A stretch of DNA of 64,000 bases from the NCBI GenBank assembly GCA_045541975.1, contig JAZQKB010000026.1, positions 4,593 through 68,592 of the forward strand. The letters run 5' to 3'. This stretch comes from Clostridia bacterium. GTDB taxonomy: Bacteria; Bacillota; Clostridia; UMGS1840. This document shows positions 9,893 to 18,984 of the stretch, in pieces (the stretch's first letter is position 1; the number at the start of each line of letters is the position of its first letter). The position numbers and the translations under genes were made by a program. Under the pieces are notes generated by a model, which was not told where the DNA came from, ran no database searches, and saw only the letters and a program-made list of their open reading frames with translations.

Positions 9893-10125
9893 AAATCTAA
9901 TAGCTATCACACAAAGTGGCAGTTACTCTGCAAAAACAGGAGTAACCGCTTGAAAGGGAAAGAGGTGCAAATCCTCTGCGATCAACTGTCGGTGTGTGCA
10001 TCGAAGTTGCTGTGTCCGTCGGTGAAAACCGGTCATTGGGAAACTGAGAAGGCAGGGCATAGTAATGCGGATTTTTCATTGAAAAATCTATATGGTGTGA
10101 GCCACAAAACCTGCTTTGGTATTTT
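9893..10125 (+). promoter_or_regulatory. cobalamin (B12) riboswitch aptamer
   Basis: Core motifs are present in the right order. These are gaAAGGGAAagaGGTGcAAATCCtctgcgatcaACTGTcggtg, then GTCATTGGGAAactGAGAAGGC, then a B12-box-like AGCCACAAAACCTGCT near 10100-10116. It lies upstream of a corrinoid adenosyltransferase. Confidence 0.75.
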
Positions 10126-10203
10126 CTTGTGTCCATTTGTGGAGTGGGAGAGTATTTTGTTTCTTTATGGGAAGCATTTGTGATATTCTGCAGGAACATT
10201 CAG

Positions 10204-10244
10204 CTGCGGTAATTTCCAAAAAGGGAAGTTACTGCAGTTTTTTT
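10204..10244 (+). terminator. riboswitch expression-platform terminator
   Basis: 14-bp stem ctgcggtaatttcc/ggaagttactgcag (two G-U pairs), an A-rich loop, then T7. It lies 30 nt before the cobO-like start. Confidence 0.7.
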
Positions 10245-10273
10245 ATGGGAAATAAGACAGGAGATTTTTTGCG

Positions 10274-10786
10274 ATGATACAGTGTTATTTTGGCAACGGA
10301 AAAGGGAAAACCACAGCTTCGGTAGGTGCTGCCATCCGATATCTGGGATGTAAAAAGAGAGTGCTCTATGTATCTTTTTTAAAAGACGGCACTTCCTCGG
10401 AATTGGCAATCTTAAGAAATCTTTCCGGTTTGGACCTTTTGATTCCGTCAGTTTCCTATCGGTTATACGATAATCAAAACCCTGAAAAAACAGAGGAACT
10501 TTCCCGAGCATATACCGATTTTTTTAACGAGAAAATCAACGGAATTTCCACTTCATACGATATGATTGTTTTAGACGAAATCTTAGACGTTGTTTCTTTC
10601 GGATACCTTTCGGAAGAAATTTTGATGGATTCTTTAAAGCGTTGGAACAAAACTGCGGAAGTTGTTTTGACAGGACACAGCCTATCCCCAGACATAGCAG
10701 AAATTTGTGACTATATTTCTGAGGTTTCCTCAAAAAAACATCCTTATGAAAAAGGAATACACTCCAGAAAGGGTATTGAGTATTAA
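10274..10786 (+). CDS. cobO: cob(I)yrinic acid a,c-diamide (corrinoid) adenosyltransferase, CobO/BtuR type
   Basis: N-terminal GNGKGKTTASVGAAIRYLG P-loop, the LDEI motif and the 170-aa size are typical of CobA/CobO/BtuR. Confidence 0.8.
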   Translation: MIQCYFGNGKGKTTASVGAAIRYLGCKKRVLYVSFLKDGTSSELAILRNLSGLDLLIPSVSYRLYDNQNPEKTEELSRAYTDFFNEKINGISTSYDMIVLDEILDVVSFGYLSEEILMDSLKRWNKTAEVVLTGHSLSPDIAEICDYISEVSSKKHPYEKGIHSRKGIEY

Positions 10787-10846
10787 AATAACACCGGTAT
10801 TGTTCGGTAATCAGAAAATGGGAAGATGACATCATCTTCCCATTTT

Positions 10847-12688
10847 TTATAGCAGAAATGCTACCAAACGAATCATCATACAAAGCACAATCCCAATGAT
10901 TGTGGGGATGCTAGCAGCTAAAACAGTCCATTTCATACTTCCGGTTTCTTTTTTGACGGTCATCAGGGTGGTGGAGCAGGGCCAGTGAAATAAAGAAAAC
11001 ACCAAGGTGCAGATGGCAGTTATCAATGTCCATCCGTTTGCCAGAAGGATTTCTTGTAAGCCAAGAATACTTTTAGCTTCTGTCAGTAGAGATGCTCCCG
11101 TGTATGCCATCAGGATGATTGGAAGCACAATTTCGTTGGCGGGAAGTCCCAGCAGAAAGGCAAGAAGAATCACACCGTCCATCCCTAAAGCAGTCCCGAC
11201 GGGATTTAAAAGATTGCCTAAAAACATCAGAAGGGTGTTGTTTCCAATCCATATGTGTGATACCAGCCACAGAACTGCTCCTGCGGGTACTGCAACCGTT
11301 ACAGCTCTTCCAAGAACAAACAGACTGCGGTCTAATAACGATCTTAAAAGTACCTTTCCCACCTGCGGTTTCCGAAAGGGTGGAAGTTCTAATGCAAAGA
11401 AAGATGGTTCGCCACGAAGTATTGTTTTCGACAACACAAAAGATACCAAAAAAGTCATCAGAATGCCCAAAAGAATCAAACCGGTCAGAATCAATGCTCC
11501 AACCCAGGAAGATTGCGACTGGGAAAAAAACACTGTAATAATAGCAAGTAAGGTCGGAAATTTTCCGTTACAGGGAACCAGACTGTTGGTTAATACTGCA
11601 AGCAACCGTTCCCGTTTGGAATCAATAATCCTGGTTCCCGTTACCCCAACAGCATTACAGCCGAATCCCATACACATTGTGAGTGCTTGCTTTCCGCAGG
11701 CATTACATTTTTGCAGCGTATGGTCAAGATTAAAGGCAACCCTTGGCAAATAGCCAAGATCCTCCAGCAGAGTAAATAACGGAAAAAAGATTGCCATTGG
11801 TGGCAGCATCACGGAAACAATTCGTCCCACCGTGGAAAACACACCGTGAAAGAGAAAATCGGAAAGTAGAGGCGGAATCCTTAGAAAATTTGCTCCTGCC
11901 ATCAGCCACTTTTCTAAATGCTGAAAAAGTTGGGAAAGCAGTTCAGACGGATAGTTTGCACCCACCATGGTAATCCAGAAAACGATTGCTAAAAGTCCCA
12001 TCATAATGGGAAATCCTGTCCATTTTCCCGTTAAAAGTTTATCTATTCGTTCTTCTTTTTGACGATAGTTTTTGTTGCGGTAGGTAACCGTTTGTTTGGC
12101 AATTTCTTCTGCTTTTGTGATTAAGTCAGAAATTTTTATCTGATGGGAAAATACTTCCGGCTCCGTTTTTGTGTTTGCAACTTTTGAAACCTGTTGCATC
12201 AGTTCAGATAAACCGTTTTTCCGATTCGCTGAAGTGGTTACCACTGCAACTCCCAATAGTTCTGAGAGCTTTTTCTCATCTACCATGATGCCTTTTCTGG
12301 AGGCTTCGTCCATTAGATTGACGCATACCACCACCCGACGGGTGACGGTAAGAATCTGAAGTAACAGATTCAGATTCCGCTCCAATGAAGTGGCATCGCA
12401 AACCACAATTAGCGCATCATACTGCCCTGCAAACAGAAATTCTTTTGCCACCTCTTCCTCCTCGGAATGAGCATGCAAGGAATAAGTTCCCGGAATATCG
12501 GTCAATAAGTATTGTGTGCCTTCAAAACGAAAGGTTCCCTGAGCGGTGCTGACAGTTTTCCCTGGCCAGTTTCCGGTATGTTGCCGAAGTCCTGTCAATG
12601 CATTGAATACCGTGCTTTTTCCTACATTTGGATTTCCCATTAATCCCACTGTCAATGGGGGGTTATTCTTTGTTTGCATAGATGTCAC
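10847..12688 (-). CDS. feoB: ferrous iron transporter FeoB
   Basis: N-terminal G-domain (GNPNVGKST, DIPGTYS, NLMD) followed by a polytopic membrane domain, 613 aa in total. The start codon is uncertain (M1 or M4). Confidence 0.95.
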   Translation of the reverse strand: MTSMQTKNNPPLTVGLMGNPNVGKSTVFNALTGLRQHTGNWPGKTVSTAQGTFRFEGTQYLLTDIPGTYSLHAHSEEEEVAKEFLFAGQYDALIVVCDATSLERNLNLLLQILTVTRRVVVCVNLMDEASRKGIMVDEKKLSELLGVAVVTTSANRKNGLSELMQQVSKVANTKTEPEVFSHQIKISDLITKAEEIAKQTVTYRNKNYRQKEERIDKLLTGKWTGFPIMMGLLAIVFWITMVGANYPSELLSQLFQHLEKWLMAGANFLRIPPLLSDFLFHGVFSTVGRIVSVMLPPMAIFFPLFTLLEDLGYLPRVAFNLDHTLQKCNACGKQALTMCMGFGCNAVGVTGTRIIDSKRERLLAVLTNSLVPCNGKFPTLLAIITVFFSQSQSSWVGALILTGLILLGILMTFLVSFVLSKTILRGEPSFFALELPPFRKPQVGKVLLRSLLDRSLFVLGRAVTVAVPAGAVLWLVSHIWIGNNTLLMFLGNLLNPVGTALGMDGVILLAFLLGLPANEIVLPIILMAYTGASLLTEAKSILGLQEILLANGWTLITAICTLVFSLFHWPCSTTLMTVKKETGSMKWTVLAASIPTIIGIVLCMMIRLVAFLL

Positions 12689-12923
12689 CTCCTTTTTTCA
12701 CCCAGATTTTTCCGGCATCTTTTTTTCGTAATGCAAGAAGCGTTCCTCGCACACGGTAGGCAACCGGATCTCCTGCAGATGCAGAAAATACACAGCTAAC
12801 AGAACACCCTTTTGTTAAACCAAGGTCTTCCAGTCTTCTTTTATGTTCTCCCCGGGATACATTCTGAAGCACTGTTGCGTATTCTCCCGGCAGCAATTCG
12901 GATAAAAAACATTTTTGTGGCAT
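12663..12923 (-). CDS. feoA: FeoA family protein
   Basis: 86-aa SH3-like FeoA pattern (LSELLPGEYATV...LGLTKG...) directly upstream of and overlapping feoB. Confidence 0.8.
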   Translation of the reverse strand: MPQKCFLSELLPGEYATVLQNVSRGEHKRRLEDLGLTKGCSVSCVFSASAGDPVAYRVRGTLLALRKKDAGKIWVKKGGDIYANKE

Positions 12924-13077
12924 AGTTGATTCCTCCGCGGAATTTTGTTTTCGTAAGTTCCTATCTTTATCCTATGAAAAAAAATGCGGTTGGTGATAAG
13001 TACGAAAAAATACTTGCACTTTTCACAAAAGGGTAGTATAATAAGGGTAATATCATCCAGGAAAGGTGAACTTTACT

Positions 13078-13965
13078 ATGAATTATGAATTACAATACAA
13101 GGATATGAAAGCGGTTTGTACTACCTATGGTGCTGAACTGATTTCTCTTACCAAAGCAAACGGTAGAGAAGTGATCTGGCAGGGAGACAAAACTTATTGG
13201 GGCGGTGTGAATCCCAATTTGTTTCCCATTGTTTGTAGCTTGAAAAACTCCAAAACTGTGATTGACGGCGTGGAATACACAATCCCCAAGCACGGTTTTG
13301 CAAGACGGATGGAATTTGAGGTTTTTGAAAAATCCGACAACAGCATTACATTTCTTTTGACAGATAACGAAAAAACAAGAGAATGCTACCCTTATGCTTT
13401 TGGCTTTTATGTAACCCATACCTTAACGGATGACGGGTTTATCACCACTTACCGTGTGGAAAACAGAAACGAAAAAACCATGCTGTTTGGCTTGGGCGGA
13501 CATACTGCATATAACTGTCCGATGGCGGAAGGGGACGTGTTCACCGATTATGAAATCCGTTTCAATCAAGCGGAAACCAATCCGGTGTATCAGTGTGTGG
13601 CAGACGATTTGGGAGGATTGTTGTACGAAAGAGGGATCCGTACCGAATATCAAAATGTGACAAATATTCCGCTTCAGTATTCTATTTTTGATCTGGATGC
13701 CCTGATGTTTTCCAAATTAAATTCTGATAAAATCAGTTTGGTGCATAAAGAAAAAGGCTACGGCGTGGAAGTAACCGTAAACGGGTTCTCCTGTCTTGGT
13801 ATCTGGACTCCGATCGGTCTTCAGGCACCCTTTCTCTGTATTGAGCCTTGGACCATTATTCCTGATAAGGAAGACACCACCGGTATCTTTGCGGAAAAAC
13901 CGAATATCACTGCTTTGCCACAGGGAGAATCCAAAGAGTTTTCTTATCAGATCCGTTTGATTTAA
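13078..13965 (+). CDS. aldose 1-epimerase (galactose mutarotase-like) family protein
   Basis: WGGVNPNLFPIV, HGFAR and GGHTAY motifs of the mutarotase-like family. The ATG at 13078 has better RBS spacing (aggaaagg) than the GTG at 13066 given in the ORF track. Confidence 0.75.
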   Translation: MNYELQYKDMKAVCTTYGAELISLTKANGREVIWQGDKTYWGGVNPNLFPIVCSLKNSKTVIDGVEYTIPKHGFARRMEFEVFEKSDNSITFLLTDNEKTRECYPYAFGFYVTHTLTDDGFITTYRVENRNEKTMLFGLGGHTAYNCPMAEGDVFTDYEIRFNQAETNPVYQCVADDLGGLLYERGIRTEYQNVTNIPLQYSIFDLDALMFSKLNSDKISLVHKEKGYGVEVTVNGFSCLGIWTPIGLQAPFLCIEPWTIIPDKEDTTGIFAEKPNITALPQGESKEFSYQIRLI

Positions 13966-13980
13966 CAGAGGTGCAAAAAG

Positions 13981-14739
13981 ATGAAAAAATATCCCTTCTG
14001 GGTTATCAAAAATGATGCCAAACGGTTATTGCGGGGGAAATGGAACCCGTTGGTTTTGGCGTTGTTTATCCCGTTTTTGCTGTTTGTGGCATTTCAGGTG
14101 AAGGTGACGATGCAGCTTGAGAGTATGCCGCCTACTCCTTTGCAGCGGCAGTACGTGTTTTTGTCAGAGCTTGTGACATTGGCGTTTTCCGTGATTGTGC
14201 AGTTGATTACAGTTGGTATTTACGAAAATTTGAAACCTGCCCGGGAAAAGGCCAGCTTTTTTCTGGTTTACCGTGTAGCAGTGAAAAAAATCTGGAAAAT
14301 GCTACCCACACTTCTGGTTGGTATCGTGCTTCCTTATGGATTGGCATATTTGCTATCGTCGGATGAAATGCTTCGTTTTTATGATTATCTGATGTTCAGC
14401 GTGATGGATATTCACGTCTATAAAGTTTTGATTGTAATTCTTTTTTATCTGTTGCAAATTTTATCGGTTTATTTGCAGTTTTCGTTGTTGTTAGTTCCTG
14501 CCATAACGGTGGAACATCCGGAATATGGCGGTTTCCGTCTGATGAAGGAAAGCTTTTTGATCACAAAAGGAAACCGTATTTATCTTTTGATGATGACGAT
14601 AAGCTTTGTAGGTTGGATCATTTTGGGAGCGTTGGCATTTTATATCGGCGTTTTATGGGCAATGCTTTATCTGCTGAGTGCACATTACGCTTATTACAGA
14701 CGTTTAACCATTCCGGAAGAACCGTTTCATTTAGCATAA
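13981..14739 (+). CDS. DUF975-like integral membrane protein
   Basis: N-terminal IKNDAKRLLRGKWNPLVL followed by multiple TM helices, 252 aa. Confidence 0.6.
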   Translation: MKKYPFWVIKNDAKRLLRGKWNPLVLALFIPFLLFVAFQVKVTMQLESMPPTPLQRQYVFLSELVTLAFSVIVQLITVGIYENLKPAREKASFFLVYRVAVKKIWKMLPTLLVGIVLPYGLAYLLSSDEMLRFYDYLMFSVMDIHVYKVLIVILFYLLQILSVYLQFSLLLVPAITVEHPEYGGFRLMKESFLITKGNRIYLLMMTISFVGWIILGALAFYIGVLWAMLYLLSAHYAYYRRLTIPEEPFHLA

Positions 14740-14781
14740 AAAAAGCTGTGATACCAAAACATGGTATCACAGCTTTTTTTG
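14738..14781. terminator. bidirectional rho-independent terminator
   Basis: 12-bp perfect stem gctgtgatacca/tggtatcacagc flanked by an A-run and T7. Confidence 0.85.
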
Positions 14782-14789
14782 TTTGCAGA

Positions 14790-15335
14790 TTAGCTTTCAA
14801 ACAGTTTGCCAAGCACCGTTGCGGCGGTGGTTGCCAGTTTTTTTTCGGTATCGTCTAACGTAACGTTGGTTTCAGTAGCATATAAAATCACGGAGCCGAT
14901 GACATCACCTTCTGACACAATGGGAATGACTGTGCCGCACAAATAGGTGTTGTTGTGATCTAATAAGTGAACTCTGGAGTCACCGGAACGATTTACAAAA
15001 TACGGTTCCCGATTTTTTAATACTGTTTCAATTTCGTTGGAAATTTTCTGATCAGTCAGCTCTTTTTTGCCCGTTCCTGCCACGCAAATAATGGCATCAT
15101 TATCAGTAATTGCTGTATTATGTCCGCTGATTTTGTATAGTGCATCCGCATATTGTGTGGCGAAATTGCCAAGCTCACCCACCGCAGAGTATTTTTTGAA
15201 AATTACTTCGCCTTCTTTATTCGTAAAGATTTCCAGTGGATCGCCTTCTCGGATGCGCATGGTTCTGCGAATTTCTTTAGGAATGACAACTCTTCCGAGA
15301 TCGTCAATTCGTCTTACAATTCCAGTTGCCTTCAT
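14790..15335 (-). CDS. spoVT: stage V sporulation protein T (AbrB-family regulator with GAF-like C-domain)
   Basis: MKATGIVRRIDDLGRVVIPKEIRRTMRIREGDPLEIF is the SpoVT/AbrB swapped-hairpin N-domain. The 181-aa length matches SpoVT rather than AbrB. Confidence 0.9.
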   Translation of the reverse strand: MKATGIVRRIDDLGRVVIPKEIRRTMRIREGDPLEIFTNKEGEVIFKKYSAVGELGNFATQYADALYKISGHNTAITDNDAIICVAGTGKKELTDQKISNEIETVLKNREPYFVNRSGDSRVHLLDHNNTYLCGTVIPIVSEGDVIGSVILYATETNVTLDDTEKKLATTAATVLGKLFES

Positions 15336-15569
15336 ATTTTATGCTCCTTTTTTCAAAATTACGTTCATATTTTGCACATCTGTGGAATTTTTATGTAAGG
15401 AAAAAGGTGGATTTTTGGTGATTTCATAACAGCGATTACATTTTCTTTTGTAAACATTTGCAATCTGAAAAAATAATGCGTTTTTTCTGCTAATTTTATC
15501 CAACTGAAAGGCTTGACATCCGATGCTGGTCTGTGTTATACTGAAACAAATTTGACTAAAGGAGACTGC

Positions 15570-16163
15570 ATGAACATACAAGACATCAAAGGTTGGACAT
15601 ACGGTTTTATGAAGCGTAACGAAAGCCAGTGTGTGGAATATATTGTATCCTTGCGGGATGATGCATTGTATGCCATTCAGAACAAGGATTACAGTAAGGC
15701 ATCAGCACTGTATCGTGACGTGGCCTACGGTATGGAACGGCTTGCTACGATTGATCAGGATACCTATGAACCACCTCTTTATGCGGCGGTTTTTTGTGTT
15801 GCAAAGGTGGAAGCATTTTGGCTCCATCATAGAGAGGAAGCTGTCAAGCAGTTGCAGATTGCCCGTGAAGTTGCGAAAAGTTGTGCAGCTTATGGCAGAA
15901 CGGATGCACTCCTTGCCGACCAGGATGTAGCAGTGCTTGAAAAACTTCTTTCTAAAATGGAAACGGAAGCTGCATTTTCTGATCTGATTTCTTCCTATGG
16001 AGAAGAGGCGTGGAATTTGGCAAATGAGGCGGCGTTTTCAAGCTTTCATCTGGAGAATACCGTTTCAGGGTTGGGATGCATAGCATTTATTGTATTGCTG
16101 ATTGTTCTTGTTGTGTTGTATTCCGTAGTAGTTACTACAGCACCGAATAGTTTTTCCGCTTAA
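15570..16163 (+). CDS. hypothetical protein with C-terminal TM anchor
   Basis: ATG at 15570 is preceded by aaaggaga. The body is helical and TPR-like, with a hydrophobic tail IAFIVLLIVLVVLYSVVV. Confidence 0.5.
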   Translation: MNIQDIKGWTYGFMKRNESQCVEYIVSLRDDALYAIQNKDYSKASALYRDVAYGMERLATIDQDTYEPPLYAAVFCVAKVEAFWLHHREEAVKQLQIAREVAKSCAAYGRTDALLADQDVAVLEKLLSKMETEAAFSDLISSYGEEAWNLANEAAFSSFHLENTVSGLGCIAFIVLLIVLVVLYSVVVTTAPNSFSA

Positions 16164-16316
16164 TCCTTGGAAACGTTGTTTGTTTGAATCCCTCTTATGC
16201 AGAGGGATTTTTTATTTGAAACAGTGAATCCTAGACAATTTATAAAAAAATACTTGCAATTTGTAACAATATATGGTAAAATGTGGGTACAGGATTTTAT
16301 TAAGGAGGAATTTGTT

Positions 16317-16499
16317 ATGAAAAGAATCTGTGCAGTGTTATGTGCATTATGCATGCTGTTTGCTTTATCCGGTTGTCAGGGTAAATGTGACGCTTGCGGA
16401 AAACAGGGAACTGTTAAGAAAATCACCATTATGGGTGAATCTGCAAACCTGTGTACCGATTGTCAGGCTTTAATCAGCATGATGGGCCAAGATTTCTAA
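16317..16499 (+). CDS. small putative lipoprotein with CxxC pairs
   Basis: ATG at 16317 follows aaggagga. The signal peptide ends in the lipobox LSGC, and the mature part has CDACG and CTDC motifs. Confidence 0.55.
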   Translation: MKRICAVLCALCMLFALSGCQGKCDACGKQGTVKKITIMGESANLCTDCQALISMMGQDF

Positions 16500-16514
16500 G
16501 AATCAGCAAATTTT

Positions 16515-16553
16515 AAAAAATGTCCCCGGCATTTTGCCGGGGATGTTTTTTTG
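16515..16553 (+). terminator. rho-independent terminator
   Basis: tccccggc/gccgggga stem with loop atttt, followed by a T-run. Confidence 0.75.
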
Positions 16554-16619
16554 TGTAATAGCCTCCCGATTTTTCGGAAATACTATGGACAAGTATTATG
16601 GGAAAAGACGGAGGATTCT

Positions 16620-17390
16620 ATGAATAAAGTGGTCATCTGCGGTGTCAACACCCAGGATTTACCCCGATTGAATCAGGATAAAAAAACAGCGCTGTTGGAA
16701 CGGATTGCAAAAGGAGATAAGGAAGCCCGAGAAGAATTTATCAACGGGAATTTACGTTTGGTACTGAGTGTGATCAAAAAGTTTGCCAACCGTGGCGAAA
16801 ACCCGGACGACTTATTTCAAATCGGATGCGTGGGACTGATGAAAGCCATTGATAATTTTGACTTATCTCACGAAGTTCGGTTTTCCACTTACGCAGTCCC
16901 GATGATTTTGGGAGAAATTAAGCGATATCTGCGAGATTCCGGGGCGGTGAAGGTAAGTCGCTCTTTAAAGGATATTGCTTATCGTGCTCTTACTGCAAAA
17001 GAGAAACTCACGGCATCGTTGGGGCATGAGCCGACCCCGTATGAAATTGCAGAAGAAATTGGCGTAACGCCCAAAGAAGTGGTAACGGCGTTAGATGCTA
17101 TTTGCGATCCCGTTTCGTTATATGAGCCTATTTATAACGACGGCGGTGATGTGATTCTGGTGATGGATCAGTTATCAGATACCAAAAGCAGAGAAGAAAA
17201 ATGGCTGGGTGGTATTTGTGTTTCGCAGGCAATGAGTAAACTTTCGGAAAAAGAACAAAAAATTTTGTCGATGCGGTTTTTTGAAGATAAAACTCAAATG
17301 GAAATTGCCGAGGAAATTCACATTTCTCAGGCTCAGGTCTCCCGACTGGAAAAGAACGCACTGATTTCTATGCGCAAATATATTAATTAA
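16620..17390 (+). CDS. sigG: sporulation sigma factor SigG
   Basis: NKVVICGVNTQDLP, GNLRLVLSVIKKF, DNFDLSHEVRFSTYAVPMILGEIKRYLRD and LYEPIYNDGGDVILVMDQ match B. subtilis SigG almost motif for motif (from memory). They do not match SigF. Confidence 0.9.
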   Translation: MNKVVICGVNTQDLPRLNQDKKTALLERIAKGDKEAREEFINGNLRLVLSVIKKFANRGENPDDLFQIGCVGLMKAIDNFDLSHEVRFSTYAVPMILGEIKRYLRDSGAVKVSRSLKDIAYRALTAKEKLTASLGHEPTPYEIAEEIGVTPKEVVTALDAICDPVSLYEPIYNDGGDVILVMDQLSDTKSREEKWLGGICVSQAMSKLSEKEQKILSMRFFEDKTQMEIAEEIHISQAQVSRLEKNALISMRKYIN

Positions 17391-17420
17391 TTTCATAAAA
17401 AGAAGTCTCGCTTTCATACG

Positions 17421-18920
17421 ATGATAAGGGAAGGGAGGCTTCTTTTTTTGAGAAAAGGTATGCAGTTTGTGAGGAATGTTCTGCTGATGACAGGATGTTC
17501 GTTTTTTCTAAGGAGTCTTGGACTGTCTTTTTCAGTTTATCTTTCCAATCGAATCGGTGCCGAAGCAATGGGAACCTACCATTTGGTTTTGTCGGTATAT
17601 TTCTTTTCAGTCACTTTTGCTACTTCGGGTATCGGACTGACGGTTACAAAATTGGCAGCAGAGGAACTTGCGAAAGGGAATCGTGCAACCCTTTCGGCAT
17701 TGGTTCAAAAATCTTTGCGATACTGTCTGATTTTTAGTAGTCTTGCAGGATGCTTTTTGGTTGCTTTAGCGCCATTTCTGGTGCACACTGTTTTTAGCGG
17801 AACCATTTCGGAAATGCCTTTTTACATATTGGCGATGGGATTGCCTTTTATTTCTGTTTCCTCGGCATTATCAGGCTATCTGATTGCACTTCGGAAATCG
17901 GGGAAAACTTCATTTGGTCAACTGACAGAACAGTTTGTAAAAATGGGAGTAACGGTATGGTTGCTTTCTTTAGCAGATGCTACTAATCTGACGAAACTTT
18001 CCTGTGCCTTAGTCTTTGGTGGAACAGTTTCTGAAATAATATCCTGCGGGTATTATTATATGATATACCGATTGCAGGAGAAACCTTACAAACCGGAAAA
18101 GAAAAGAGGGCAGTGGAGACGGATTTTGAGCTTTTCTGTGCCAATCGCCTTAAGTTCTTATCTTCGGTCAGGATTATCTTCTGTAAAACAGCTGTTAATT
18201 CCAAAAAGGTTACAGTCCGCAGGAATTTCCAATGGCGTTGCCCAATATGGGAAAGTGAACGGTATGGTGTTTCCCATACTGATGTTTCCGCAAGTTTTGC
18301 TCTCGTCGTTTGCATCGCTGATTATACCTGAAATCACCGAAAAACATACCTTGGGGCAGAACAAAGCACTACGTCGAATCCTATCCCGCATCTTTCGGAT
18401 TACTCTGCTGTTTTCTGTGGCGGTTGCAGGTATTTTAGTTCGCTTTGCAGAAAAACTCAGTCTGTTTTTTTATGGAAATTTGGAAGTATCAGTTTATTTA
18501 AAATTATTAGCGCCGCTTGTTGTGATTATGTACTTGGATGATATCGTGGATGCAGTTTTAAAAGGAATTAACTGTCAGGTCACGGTGGTTAAAATTAACA
18601 TTTTAGATTCCGCTTTGGGAATCGGACTGCTTTGGTGTTTGCTTCCCGTTTGTGGAATCCGCGGATATTTTACCGTAATCGCTGTGGGAGAAATTTTAAA
18701 CGGGACCTTAAGCATCATCACCTTAATTCGGCATACTGACTGTTCCTTTGGACTGTTTCGCAATGTTTTATGTCCGGCTGTGATGATTTCTTTGTCGGTC
18801 TGGTGTGCTTCCGTGTTGATTCCGCACAGTCTTTGGAGTGCAATTTTGGTGACTGTGTTTTTATATATCTGTTTGCTTTATGCCACGGGACTTTTTACAG
18901 TTGACGATTTGAAATTATAA
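17421..18920 (+). CDS. MOP-superfamily flippase, SpoVB-like (stage V sporulation protein B family)
   Basis: Polytopic protein of about 490 aa (about 14 TM) with the polysaccharide-biosynthesis/MurJ-like pattern, adjacent to sigG. The start is uncertain (17421 ATG, 17460 ATG or a nearby GTG). Confidence 0.65.
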   Translation: MIREGRLLFLRKGMQFVRNVLLMTGCSFFLRSLGLSFSVYLSNRIGAEAMGTYHLVLSVYFFSVTFATSGIGLTVTKLAAEELAKGNRATLSALVQKSLRYCLIFSSLAGCFLVALAPFLVHTVFSGTISEMPFYILAMGLPFISVSSALSGYLIALRKSGKTSFGQLTEQFVKMGVTVWLLSLADATNLTKLSCALVFGGTVSEIISCGYYYMIYRLQEKPYKPEKKRGQWRRILSFSVPIALSSYLRSGLSSVKQLLIPKRLQSAGISNGVAQYGKVNGMVFPILMFPQVLLSSFASLIIPEITEKHTLGQNKALRRILSRIFRITLLFSVAVAGILVRFAEKLSLFFYGNLEVSVYLKLLAPLVVIMYLDDIVDAVLKGINCQVTVVKINILDSALGIGLLWCLLPVCGIRGYFTVIAVGEILNGTLSIITLIRHTDCSFGLFRNVLCPAVMISLSVWCASVLIPHSLWSAILVTVFLYICLLYATGLFTVDDLKL

Positions 18921-18984
18921 TTTTTCTTGTGTTTTTAGGTGGAGTGTGTTACAATAGAGTTATCAAAAAACAAGAAGCAAAAAA

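Noticed and set aside
9830-10199. ORFs 9830-10183 (+) and 9897-10199 (-) from the six-frame track
   Set aside because: They cover the cobalamin riboswitch aptamer, have no RBS and have odd composition. The region is better explained as structured leader RNA.
11007-11753. 248-aa ORF antisense to feoB (plus 11119-11538 and 11073-11270)
   Set aside because: It lies entirely inside the strongly supported feoB gene. The Arg/Ser/Pro-rich composition is typical of antisense frames.
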